The notes under the pieces were generated by a model. It saw only the letters and a list, made by a program, of their open reading frames with translations. It was not told the DNA's origin and made no database searches. A stretch of 64,000 nt of DNA, taken from assembly GCA_964247055.1 (NCBI GenBank), contig OZ176052.1:3720001-3784000 (forward strand), written 5' to 3'. The first letter of the stretch is position 1. The number at the start of each line of letters is the position of its first letter. Positions 1-21,276 of the stretch are shown here, piece by piece. Source of the stretch: Paragordius varius (Eukaryota > Animalia > Nematomorpha). Made by a program: the position numbers and the translations under genes.

Positions 1-1550
1 TATGAAATAAACCAAACAATAGGAATGGTATTACGGAGGCAGAAAAATTCTTTAAGTTTAATATTTTATTTATTTTATGAAGGCGATTATCTCAGTTTAT
101 TTAAATGATATGTGTTTAACTGCAAATAGAATTAATCTATTATAAAGTTGCAAGCAGATTTTAAATTAAGCATTATTTCGTACATTAGTTTTAACTATAT
201 AACATTAGTACTATTTTGTATTACGATTTTCTTAGCTAAATCCTAGTTAAATACATAAATTTATGGAAAAAATACTATAATATTCGATAAATTATAAAAA
301 AGTATTTAATCAAAGTAGAGTTATGTGTAAAATCAATCAAAGATAATATAAAAAAATCATTTACCTTGTTGGAATATCCGATAACTTAAAAATTCATGTA
401 TGTTATTGCTGAGGTACAAAGAAACATTATATTTTTAAATACATATTAATTGAGAATCAAGAAAACATATTGGTCAGATAATGTGTTAAAAAATTTGGAC
501 TTAAAAATAATCAAAAAAGATCAAAGGAGCAGGGTTTTATAAGGGTTAATTATCAATCAGTAAAATTTTCGAAAAAAAGATATCTGATTAGTTATCTTAA
601 ATAAATAAATTAATTTCGGCACTTTAACAAATAGCATTGAAAAATTTAGATTATTTATAGATGATTGCAAAAAATGTACGTACCTTTATTTTTATACCAT
701 ATACATGTTTTACTATCTTTTGCATAATATAGACATAGAGTAATAAGAAAAGAAGAGTAAGTACATCTAAAAGCGCATAAAACAAACAGCTAACTAAAAA
801 TAACATAATTATGTTAAAATTGCATTTTTTTAAGGTATATCCTAAACATATTGTTTTTAACAGGTGAAAAGTTAATTATTGAAAAAAGTAATTATAAAAT
901 ATTTGTTGCCATATCAAATATAGTTCCTAAAAACCCATTGATAATAACAACAATTTTTGTTCAGAATTATAAGATATCCTCTTTTTGCGTTAGGAAATAA
1001 TTTATAAAACACGGGATTTGAAACTTACTTATTTTAGTTTATAAATTCAAATATATATTTAATTATTGACCATTTTTAAATTACTTCAACCCAAAATTTT
1101 TAATAATCTATAAATCTACCAAAGAGCAGAAAAACAATTTAGATATCTCCTCTATATTATTTTAAATTTTTTTTACCCTTTGCATACTTTTTCAAATTAA
1201 GAAGCATATACGACATTTATTAATTTTTTTTAAATATATAAACATGGATAAGTGTAAATATATTGTGATATTTAAATTATAAAAATTTGTCTTAAAAAAT
1301 AGGGAGATATTCAATTGTTCAACAAAAGTAATATATAAAAAGTAATGTTTGGAATTACAGAATAAGTGTCATACAAAGATATATTTAAACTGTCGTTATA
1401 AAGGAAAAAAAATAAATTTTACATCATTCCATATATTTAGTAATTTAAATTATATAATATAAAATAAACTTTGATTAAATGTATTGTAATAGTGTTGTTT
1501 TTTATGATTTGAGCCGAATTATGGAAAAAAACCGTAAATTGTTAATTATA

Positions 1551-1804
1551 TACCATTTACAAATTCCCCTTTGAACGAATCAAATTCATTCTAAAAATAA
1601 ATTATGTGTTTTTGGGTTTTAACTCATTATTGATATGAAATATATAGTTATGGCTTGGTTTAGCAGTTTTTCAATATTATTTTAATATTAAACACAATTT
1701 CATCTTTTAAAATATAGAAAAATATAGGAAATTTTAATCTTAAAAAACATAATTTGTTTTAGGGTGAATTTGAATTCAAGGATGAATTTGAAGTGTAAAT
1801 GGTG
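1551..1804. mobile_element. MITE family M1 (TIR TACCATTTAC, TA flanks, ~20-bp subterminal repeats)
   Basis: TACCATTTAC...GTAAATGGTG flanked by TA; subterminal CCCTTGAACAATTCAAATTCA-like units; four more copies in the window. Confidence 0.75.
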
Positions 1805-1878
1805 TATTAGTTATAGTGTGGATTATGATTGTAACGTTTCCAAAAATATGTTGGAATTTTCCGTAGGGCATCATATAG

Positions 1879-10348
<8,470 letters not shown>

Positions 10349-10473
10349 GGAACATATTAAATTAACTAGGGATTATCTTACACATATTATATTAATAAAT
10401 TCACAAGCTCATATGTTTATACTCGCATTCTTTTAACCAATCTACCCTTTGAGAAGGTGAGTATTTTAAGGTA
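10349..10473. promoter_or_regulatory. Putative bidirectional promoter / shared 5' region of ClC and V-ATPase C
   Basis: 125 bp between divergent ATGs; CCAAT at 10437-10441. Confidence 0.55.
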
Positions 10474-11784
10474 ATGAGTGAGGATTATTGGTTAATATCT
10501 GCTCCTGGTGAAAAAACATGTCAGCAAACTTGGGAAAAGCTCAATAAAGTCTTACCACAAAATCACATCAGCGAAAACTACAAATTTCACATACCAGATT
10601 TAAAAGTAAATTGTTTTTTTACATAATCGTATCCAATTTAGGTTATTAATTATCCATAAATTTTTTTATTTGCCTATTGAATTTAATAATTTTGATAATA
10701 AATAAGAACCTTACAACAATTATATTTTTTAGATTGGAACACTGGATACATTGGTTGGTTTATCTGATGATTTGACCAAAACTGATACATATATTGAAAA
10801 GTTTACATTAAATATAATTTAAAATTAAATTTTGATTTTTTTAATATATTTTTTATATTATTTTAGTATCACAAAAAAACTGGCACAATACATGATTGAT
10901 ATATATGAAGGGGAAAGATCCAAAATTCCTGAAGTTATGTTAATTCATGGAAGTATAAAAATAAATTTTTCATTAAATTATTAAAAATAAGTTTTTTAAG
11001 TATTTTTCTTTATTAGCTGATATTCATACCTATCTGACTCATTTCCAATGGGATTCAGCCAAATTTCCCACTAAACTTTCTTTGCCATCTCTCACCGAAA
11101 TAATTAACAAGGTTGGTTTTTTTAATTTTTTAAATAGTTTTATTGATATATATAAAGATAAAACATAAAGAAACCATTTTTCCATTTATTCTATATAATT
11201 ACAGTTTTATAAATCAATTTTACTACATCTCTATATTATTTTCCAACAGTTTATTATATTTTAAATCAAGGATTTTTCTTTAAAAATATATTTTATAAAA
11301 AATAATTATGAGATTGCATTCATGTATCATCTTAAGTGTTAAATGTTCTTAATTATAGTCTTAAAATTTGTACATCAATTGATATTTATATGTTTAGAAA
11401 GTGGCTCAAATTGAAAATGAATTCAAGGTGCGTTCCAATCATTACAATAGCCTCAAAAAAGATTTGCAAAACATTGAAAGGAAAAACACGTAAATAATTA
11501 AAAATTTATTAATTTTCATTTTTAACGTAAAAAACTAATTTGTTAGAGTATCCAATTTTTTTTTATTTTTTTATATTGTTTCCTGAATGATAAAAAACCG
11601 ACAATTTATTAATAAAATTAAGAATTTATTATTTTAAATCTAATCAGCTATTTTTCAATCACTTGAAAATTTATTGATCCTTGAAGGCAAATATCCTTCT
11701 TTATACAAAGTTTAATCATATTATCATATTATTTTTTTAAACAAAATCTCGTTTTTTATACTTTCGTTTGTTAATCCCATATTA

Positions 11785-11827
<43 letters not shown>

Positions 11828-14739
11828 TCGTTGATTATAGTGGCAGCTTAATGACCCGAAACTTAAATGACCTTGTTAAGAAAGAACAGTTTGTTATTGG
11901 TTCCGAATATATGGTTACTTTGTTGGTTGTTGTTCCCAAGTAAATTTTGAAATATAAACTTTTTTTCTTAGATAACACATAAAAATTTCAAGAATTAAAA
12001 AATATTATATGTTGATACAACAATTTTCTGGGATATATACCATTTACAGTGCAAATTCACCCTTAAATTCATATTTACCCTAATTTAAATTCACCCTTGA
12101 ACAATTCAAATTTACCCTAAAATAAATTAAGTATTTTTAAAAAATTATTTATATTTTTACAAAATGATTTTGTTTAAAATTAATATGATACTGAAAAATA
12201 AAAAACTATGCCATAAGAATATATTTCTTTTTACTGATGAGTTATATTAGTTCGAAAACATATAATTTATTTTTAGGGTGTATTTGAATTGTTCGAGGGT
12301 GATTTCGAATTGTTCGAGGGTGAAATTGAATTGTAAATGGTATTATATAACCTTATATTTTATTTAGTAAATTATCATATAAAAAGTTATTTGCTTAAAT
12401 TTAAATTAAATGCCACACATAAATTTTGTTAATTTATTATATGATTTATTTGATTGTTTTAGGCATTCCTACAAAGATTGGGAAGATTCGTATGAATCCT
12501 TAACCGATATGGTTGTTCCAAGATCATCAAAGTAATCGTAACTGTTTAATATTTTTTGGTTTAAATGAATATTTTTTAAAATTAAAATATAATTTTATAA
12601 TCATAGATTAGTATACGAGGATGATGAGAATGGCCTTTATACGGTTACAGTATTTCGAAAAATAGCCGATGAATTTAAGCAAAAAGCCCGTGAAAAACGG
12701 TTTTATTTCTTAGAGAATTTTGCAGCAAAAAATTAAAATTATACGGACAAAACTTAAAATTATAATGACATTTTTTTTAAAAAAACACCATACTTTATAT
12801 ATCATGATTTGTTAAATATAACCCATTGTTTTGCAAAGTATGGATGTAAAGATGCATGTTGTATTTTACAACTATAATTAAATATTTAAAATTATTAAAA
12901 AAATATGGTTGTTTTTTCAAAATATTGTTTGTTTTTACATTTTTACGCTTTGTCCGTATAATTTCAATTTATACTAATAAATTTTATATTATAAATTCAT
13001 TACTTTGTCCGTATAATTTTAATTTTTATTGTAATAAATATCAGTATTTATATTTTTACGCTTTGTCCGTATAATATCAAATTTTACTGTAATAAATTTC
13101 ATATTATAAATTTATTAATATACCTTAAAAAGTCATTATAAAATTCTTTATATTGTTATAAAGTATTTATATATTTTAGGTTTACCGTTCGCGATTTTAC
13201 GTTTGATGAAGATTCGATGGCCGCCGGGAAAAATGAATTCACTAAGTTAGCTACTGATGCTAAGAAAGCATATGTAATCTTTTTTTTTCATTCATTTTTA
13301 TGATTATAAAGACAAATTGTAAGAAATAAAAGACTAATATTTTTCATTTGAAAAAAAACCATACTACATTATTAATAGATTAAATTGGAAACAAGAATCA
13401 AATTTATTAATTGAAAAAACTAGTTAAACTTTTTATATTTTGTCCTAATAAATTTAATTTTTTACATGTACAGTAAAAATTCAATTATTTTAGTCCACAT
13501 AATATATATTATAGTCGCCCTTATTACGTTGGTTACAAGTTAATTTTACCGAAACTTTCGTCTCATGGATCCATATTAAAGCTGTCCGCGTATTTGTGGA
13601 ATCTGTCCTTAGGTTATTTTTTTAACTTTTCTCAATGAATTTGGATTAAATAAAAAAAATTTTTCAATAAAAAATTGATTTATATTTCAATCGATTTTAA
13701 CTTATAGATATGGGTTACCAGTCAATTTCATTGCCATCCTCATAAAACCATTGAAAAAGAGTCATAAAAAGGTGCGTGAAATATTATTCCATCTGTTCAA
13801 ACACCTTGATTCATCAACGGCGAATGCACCATCAAAAATATCTGAGGTATGGAAATAAAAAATCATTGCATACTATAACTTTTAACCTTATTTTAAGATT
13901 TGTGTTTTTACCATTCTTAAATTTTTTAATGCATACATTTTAATATCCGATGCAACGTTTTCCATGGAATTTTTCCCTTCAACTCTTTTTTTATAGCCTT
14001 GAGGTAGTTATATATTCAGAGTGATTTAAGATTTGAATATCCTAAAAAGTATTTAAGGTATTAGCATTCAAAAATATGCTTTCTTTAGCCTTATAGGCAC
14101 ATAACACAAACTCAAACTTTCACCATTTTTTTAAATCGCTAAAAAGTGGGCAAATAATTGTATATTATGGTTATAAGATGGAAATCATTTACTTTATTAA
14201 GCTTTTAAGTTGCATTTTATTAGTAAAAACTTGATATTTGTTTATTTTAAAATCAGCTGTTTAGTTCAATTGTCTTTTGGAGCTGTCCCATTCTTAAACA
14301 CTAGAAACAAAACTGTAAAAAAATAAGCTTTTTTAATACAAGAGAACAATGTTTGATAAAAAATTAAACTAAATTAACTAATACAGTAGTTTGTTTACAT
14401 GATTGAACTCTAAATTATAAAACTATCCGTCATTGCGGACAAAACGTGAAAACGCCATGAAGTGTTTGCAATTATTTTTATTGTTTATAAATTTACCCTA
14501 TTTTCACACAAAAATAAAATTAAATTAAAGTAATTCTGGTAAAATAAATATAGAATCTTATTATTTATCTTTGTATAAAATTAAATTATATATAGATTTT
14601 AATACCTTTACCAAAATCAATTTTTTAGGCTGATGAAATGCCAGGACTAAATTATGGACAAAATGAGTACTATCCATACGTCTTTTTTTCAATCACTATT
14701 GGCTATTTGGAAGGGGTTGTTAAAATAAAAAATTCTTGA
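10474..14739 (+). CDS. ATP6V1C: V-type proton ATPase V1 subunit C, 12 exons, ~391 aa (possible alternative last exon 15000-15023)
   Basis: Not in the ORF track because the exons are short. Exons: 10474-10605, 10733-10800, 10867-10952, 11017-11111, 11398-11489, 11841-11939, 12463-12531, 12607-12699, 13180-13273, 13515-13612, 13708-13846, 14629-14739; all phases agree. Translation includes [86 protein letters not shown]. Confidence 0.96.
11788..11824. repeat. (TA)n microsatellite
   Basis: Pure TA run in V-ATPase C intron 5. Confidence 0.95.
12038..12342. mobile_element. MITE family M1 copy in V-ATPase C intron 6
   Basis: TACCATTTACA...TGTAAATGGTA termini with inverted CACCCTTGAACAATTC units. 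Confidence 0.82.
12735..13110. repeat. ~55-bp tandem repeat x3 plus one inverted unit in V-ATPase C intron 8
   Basis: CTTTGTCCGTATAAT at ~12948, ~13003 and ~13060; reverse form ATTATACGGACAAA at ~12739. Confidence 0.75.
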
Positions 14740-15187
14740 TTTATATTTTTGGCCTTAATACTATTGGAATATGAATGCGAGAAATGCAATGGGCTTAATG
14801 TTTTTGCAAAAAAAAAATAATTTTATTATGAAAAAACGGTGCATTATAAACACTTTCCTAACATAAAAAATCTCTTCACATATTATTTCACTGGAAAGTT
14901 AGGTCGTCGGGAATTTTTTTATTTTATACGATATGTCATATTTATTTATTGTAGTTAATTTTATTATTTTTATTAAAACCATTATCCTTTTTCATACAGG
15001 CAGCAACAAACTTGACATTTTGATTATTAAAAATGAATTTGTATGTTTACCATGTAACGGTTTAATATAAATTATTATTATTATTGATATTATTATATGT
15101 ATCTATATATAAATTTTGAATATTCTGTATGTGCACAACGATGTAATAAATACATTCCGATTTCTAACTTATAATTTGTATGGTGAG

Positions 15188-15656
15188 TAGTGTTGTGCTG
15201 ACCAAGTCATTTCAGCTGTTTTTTGAAAAATCGCTGGTAATTTTTTATAGAAGAAAATAGTAAGTTATTTTTTAATATATTATAAAAAAATATATAAATA
15301 TTTGAATTTGCTTAATTTTAAATGTTAAACATGCATCCTTAAAACATTAGCATTTAAGCATATCCAGTTATTTCTAAAAAGAAAACAATCCAACTTTTTA
15401 TAAAATATTCAATTATTCCATATATGTGAACTAATAAAATGGAAAAACATTTTATAATTGGATATTTCAGTGATCAAAGAAAGTATAAAAGAAACAGGAA
15501 AAATTCTATTTGAAATATCCAGTATTAAAAGCGAGGTATTTGAAAATTCCGAAGTAATTTAATAATCCAATATCGCATGGTATTTACTTAGGTTAAGTGG
15601 TCATGACCATGGTCTGACCGGACTTTTTTGAAAAAACAGTCAAATGCACAACCTTA
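15188..15656. mobile_element. hAT-like MITE with 8-bp target-site duplication
   Basis: TIR TAGTGTTGTGC...GCACAACCTTA; flanks ATGGTGAG / ATGATGAG (7 of 8 match); second copy at 22863-23529. Confidence 0.8.
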
Positions 15657-16482
15657 ATGATGAGAGAATATTTGTCTTTTAAAATATTTTATATTAAGCG
15701 CTTCATTTATAAATATTATATTAATTACAAATTATTTTGATAATATTAAATAGATGAAAGATTAATTTGACATATTATTAATAATTGAGGTTTTATTGAT
15801 GCAAATACGTTAGTGGTTTTCTATGGTACTAAATGAGAGGCGAAAGTTAATAATGACCCTTTGTATTCAAATAGATTTGTACTACAGTAATTTGAATAGT
15901 TAATATTTTTGTATAAACCTTTTAATGTTCAAATAATTAGGTTTGAATTAAAAATAAAATTCATATTTCAAATAAAATTAGAAGTGATGTGTAAACCTTT
16001 GCTCAAATATGGTAGACCGAGAGTCTTGCTTGTTGGCACTTAGTATGACACTATTTAGCTGTAAAGATGACATTTCGTAGATATTTTAAATTTTAAAAAT
16101 AGGTAATAAATATGGATATAATTAGAAATTATTTAAAATAAAACTTATAATTTGATCAATCAGTCCTCAATATTTAAATATTTTTATATGGTATTTTCCC
16201 TATGCATTTGAATGTTGGATAGTAGTGTAAAATTTTATTATATTTGTCCCTAAAATTAGCTTTTCGTATCTACAGACCCTTTTTTATACCTTTAATAATT
16301 AATTACATATTCATATTATTAGTTATTTATGCATTCAATTTTTGGAAATACTTCAATACATTTTGAATGCCCAAATATATGTAAATTATAAAAGCTTTTT
16401 AATGACATCTGTCGCTAAAATATTTTACGTGTTATAATTTTATTACTCTTTAATTGTATTTTATTTAAGATATTCCGTTTCT

Positions 16483-19288
16483 ATGAGTTCTATTTCAGCT
16501 GAAGTGCTTTTCCTAATAAATAAAAAGGTAAAATCTAAAAATTATAATATTAAATTTATATATGAAATTTGTGTATTATTTTTATTTGCAGTGGGAAAAT
16601 GGCCATTTATTCTTTGAAAGAAAATCGCCTGTCTCAGGTTAATTTATAACTTTTTTGCTTTGGAAAGAAAACTTTTTAGAAATCGTACATAATTGCCAAT
16701 TAACATTTCCTTTATATAAAAAACTGAAAATTACATATATTTATTTAAAGCCCAGTCTTTCAAAATGTTTCTGCAGCCCGCGAGAAATTTTAAATGCAAA
16801 TTTTTCCGAAATATAAGTACCTAAAGTTTATTTTACAAATATTCTGAATTTTTTCGAATTCTGGCCATGAACTAACAAAAATTATGTTTGAAATCGAATA
16901 AAATATTTGTTAATGCCATAGTTTGTGAATGCATATAAAATGCGGCTCGCGAAGCCATTTATGTTGGACACTCCTGATCTAAAGTATTTATTGGTCCATA
17001 CACAAACTGTTGATTGATATTTGATATTTTCTATTATTTTTGGTTTATAACGGATGTTTTCCAAGTTATAAATTAATAAGTTTGTGGGAACGTATACTGA
17101 AGTCAAAATTATAACTCAAAACTTAGAACCTTTTATAAAAATCGAAAGAGTGTTTTATGATTAACGTATACTAATTAGTTTATGGGCGCAAATTATTTTA
17201 AAAACTCAGTAAGAAGGGTGTTGTTGTCTATATATGAATATAAATAATAAGTTTTGTTGGATAAATTTAGTGTTAAAATTTTTTTATTAAATAATTATTT
17301 ATATAGAACCCGATATTTTATAAAACTAGATTATGGCATTATAAAATTCATTCAAACAAGAGATACTCGGTCTAAGCAAATTAAATCAAATTCAACACTT
17401 GAACGGACTATCTTTCATCACCAATTCTGTGGTTTGGAGTCATGTAAATTAATTTTGCTCATTAACTTTAAGGCATAATATGTAGCATTTTATGAAAAAT
17501 TATGTTCAAAATAATGTTAAATTGCCGATATGTATTTATTTAGTTAGTGTTAAAATACGACAAGAAAAGAATTACTCCACACATTATGCCGTAACATTAT
17601 TTATAAGTAATGAATTTGAATCCACGGATGATTCAATTACTTTCGCTTTAAACAATCCAAATGCTCAAATGTTTTGGTGTCATGAAATTCGTAAAAATTT
17701 TCCCTCTAGTAAATTTTTGATATATTTAAAGATATTAAATCTTTTTGCTTTAAAAATTATATATTAAAAGTTTTACCTGCTGTTATTAAATAAATACATG
17801 ACCTAAGATCACGTTAAATTTTACAGCACCAATCATAGATCTACTTAAATTTTTTAATTTAACTCATAATCTCTAAAAATAAATTTCATACGAAAAAAAA
17901 AACATTTTACAATTTTTAGCTGTACGTTATGTTGGAAGCATTGTATTATCCACAATGATAAAAAAGAAACATCTTCCTTGTTCCATAAGCATGCAATTCG
18001 TTAAAAGTGATAATAAAATAAGTTTTATCACTCTATCGGATGCACTGACAATACAAACGAAAAAAATGAGTAAGAATTCACAACATCCAAAATTGATAGG
18101 ACATTGGTCTGTGGTGAAACAAATTCAAACTTTTTTACAGCTAAATAATTCGCATTTCTGGATACAATTTGTGGGAACTGATAAAAGTAAATTATATATA
18201 TACATATTGCAAAAAATTGTTTCATAATTTTTTATTTTTGTTTGATAATATAGATAAACAAATAAGTTTTCTAATAAATTCCGAAGATGTTTTAACCATT
18301 GCGTCAGATTTAAACATGGTGAGGTACCAAAAAAACGCATCACCACACAGTTTTCACCACAAAAACAATACTGTTAAAGTTAATCAAAGAAATGATTATA
18401 ACATTACAGCAAACAAATATAATGATATTGATGAAGCACTGTTACAAGAAATTTTATACGAACCACAAAGTATGTTTCTTCTCTTTATGCGTAATAAATG
18501 TTAAAATTAATTTATATTAATTTGTAATTAATTATATTTTCCAACTAAATCTATCCATTATTTTGGCAGTGGAAATTATGCGTAAAAATACAAACAATCA
18601 AGGATTCCAGGGATCAATTTTACCAACTCTTGAGGCAAAAAATATTTTTACGACACCAAAAAATGATTATGGTGACAATATTGAATATGAATTAGATCAA
18701 GAAATATATGATGTAACCAAGGATCTACCACCCATGTTACCAACGCCAAAAACTTGCCTAAGCCCTAGTCAATTTTCTCTCCGAAAAATTTCATCTTTAC
18801 ACAGTTTAATTGGTAGTTCGGGTGGACAATGTAACAAAAAGGATTGGAAATCACAAGATAATATTTATGATGATTTCCAAAATTTGCTTCCAAATATTAA
18901 GCGTAAAAATGAAGAGCATTTATCCAATGAACCCAAAGATCAGACTTATGAATTGATGGATTTTAACAGATTGTATAATTTTGATAGAAATAATTCCATA
19001 TATCCGTCCCACGAATATGTTGAAATGAATCCGACAGATATTATACATAAAAAACCAAAAGGTCCAAACATATCAGAAAATAATTTTTCAATAAAACCAT
19101 TTCCACCCTATAATTTTCATAAAATGATGCCAAAAAATACAAAATGTTTGCATATTAACCAATGTTATTTCAAAGATTACATGAAAGCGCATTATGAAAG
19201 TCAAATTCGAAATAAAAACCCATCAAAAACAGCTAAAAATAATTTTTCACTATTAAATTTATTTAAAATATTTTCTAAAAATAGATAA
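16483..19288 (+). CDS. Dok-7-like adaptor (PH + IRS-type PTB + tyrosine-motif tail), 7 exons, ~517 aa
   Basis: Exons 16483-16527, 16592-16637, 17330-17443, 17544-17690, 17920-18186, 18254-18469, 18570-19288 join in frame. Segments match Dok-7 as I recall it: KKWENGHLFFERKSPV ~ KKWKSRWLVLRKPSPV; FCGLES ~ ICGLEP; AQMFWCHEI ~ AMCAWDARI; PKLIGHWSV ~ PAVTGQWKL; KQISFLI ~ EQISFLF. Confidence 0.68.
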
Positions 19289-19949
19289 ATTGCATTTATA
19301 AATTTAAACTTTGGTATTTTCCCATTTACTAAAAATAAATTTTTTATCGGATAAATTTATCAATATATGATATATTTCTTTTGGTGGATTCAATTTTAGT
19401 TTTTTTGCCCTTTTCCATCGTTCTAATCGAGTTATACCAATACAAGGTCCATACTCTTTATTTAGATCAAACTGAATCAATTTATGAGAAATATTCGAGG
19501 ATTTCTAAAATTAAACCCAACTAAAAAACTTTTTCATCCGATATATTCTTTTTTCTAATGGGATAATCGAGGGTAGAATCAAATTTGTGTTGCATTAAAG
19601 AGCAAACGATAGGTAGCTCACATGATTAAAATATTGTATGACTTTCAGGTGTTTCAAATTATGGGCAATTACAATATATTAACATACCATGACTTTTGGG
19701 CTCGTTTTATATCCTAAAGACTATTTAAAATCTAAAATTTAAGAACGAATTTCAAAATATTTTTTTAAGCTTTTTAGGCGCACACATTTTAACAAATGTA
19801 AAATAAAAAAATTTTATCTCAAACTTTCGTGGCCATTTTTCTATATTTTTTAATTATGGTTAAAAATTTAAAATTAATATTCCAATATGGGGTAGTCTTA
19901 TATACCAAAGCGATCTAAAATTTGAATAACTTAAAAAATGTTTAAGGTA

Positions 19950-20518
19950 TACAACACATTCATTTTAGTCCTTCGATTCAAATTGAGTTAGGTAAATACC
20001 CCATGCCTGTTTAAAATTAAATTTTTTAAAAAATATGGAAGGGCTCAAAGCCATGGCAAAATTTTGCTTTTATATAACATTAATAACCCGAAATATAAAA
20101 AAATTTGATTCAATAATACTTGATATTACTTATTTTGAGCTAAAACTGAAAGGTAAAAATTTAGTCAACGTGACATGTGTGCAAAGGTAAAATTATAAAT
20201 AATACAAATTAAACCGCTTTTTTATTTCTATCAATGTTAGATGTAATTTAAATAAATTAGCTTCGATTTTACCCTTAAAATTAAATGAAGATTATATTTC
20301 GCAAAAATTTGTAAAATAAAAATGGCGTCGAAGTAGTTTGACATGAAACTTTTTTTCAAAACAAAATTTTTTAAGATATTCTAGCTTATTTATATAATTT
20401 TTATTAGGATAGAAGCATAAATTTAAATTAGGACCGTTTCCTTAAGTAGTTTTTATCAAATTTTAACTTTAATTTAGTCTGGGGTATTTAGATACCCCAA
20501 ATTAAATCGAAGTGTTAA
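19950..20518. mobile_element. TTAA-flanked MITE family FD (piggyBac-like ends)
   Basis: Dispersed direct repeat of 21277-21825; ends CCCCAAATTAAATCGAAGTG|TTAA; internal GGGGTA..TACCCC inverted motifs. Confidence 0.62.
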
Positions 20519-21276
20519 ATTTCTCTAGTCTTTCAGGCGCAAAGTATAAAGTTTTTTAAAATGCATATAAAATACTCATGTTCAATTATTTTGATGCCTT
20601 CTATAAATTTTCTTAAATCGCTAACTGGCATGATTGTATATATTATGGTCAGAAAATGTAAATAATTAAGTTTAAAAAACATTCAAACTACATTTTACCA
20701 GCAAACCTGATATATTTTGACTTCTCAATTGTTTGTTTTAATCGTGCTTTAGATCAATTTTAGACTCCAGAATTTAGAAAACTAAATAAAATATTAGCTT
20801 TTTTATCCAATTAATGAGCACAATGTTTTATAATTAAATTTAAAAAATTTTTAAACTGCATTACGAAATTGTGGAAAACTACCCAAGGTAAACTAGGAGA
20901 AAAACTAAAAAGGTAATGAGATATTAACTTAAATTCAGGCTTTTATATGATTTTATTAGCTGTTAGTTTGGATCGTGTTTCATAGTTGTCCTAATTTTAG
21001 ACTCTAGAAGTCACAAAACTGTGAAAAATATTTTTTATTTAGTACATGAGAACAATGTTTAAATAAATTTTAATTATATATAAAATATTACCTACCATAT
21101 TTACAAAATGGGCTTTGGAATATAAAATTACCCCCATATTAACTGGGATATAAATGGGAAAATGTTATGAATGTTAAGTTACTACTGTGACACCCGGAAA
21201 GAAATAAGTGTACGATGTAGCAGCTCTGTTTGAAAAGAATTTCGGAAAATATCGAAATTGTAAAAGGCAATATTAA

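Noticed and set aside
1-1550. Window start as a possible gene
   Set aside because: Very AT-rich, with no exon-like segment or ORF I could support.
10457-10470. 14-nt GT-AG mini-intron (GTGAGTATTTTAAG)
   Set aside because: Far below the ~60-nt minimum intron size seen in this window; kept only as a hint of other 5' processing.
16882-17106. 74-aa antisense ORF in Dok intron 2 (…SGVSNINGFASRILY…)
   Set aside because: No convincing family motif or splice signals; could be a decayed transposon fragment but I cannot support that.
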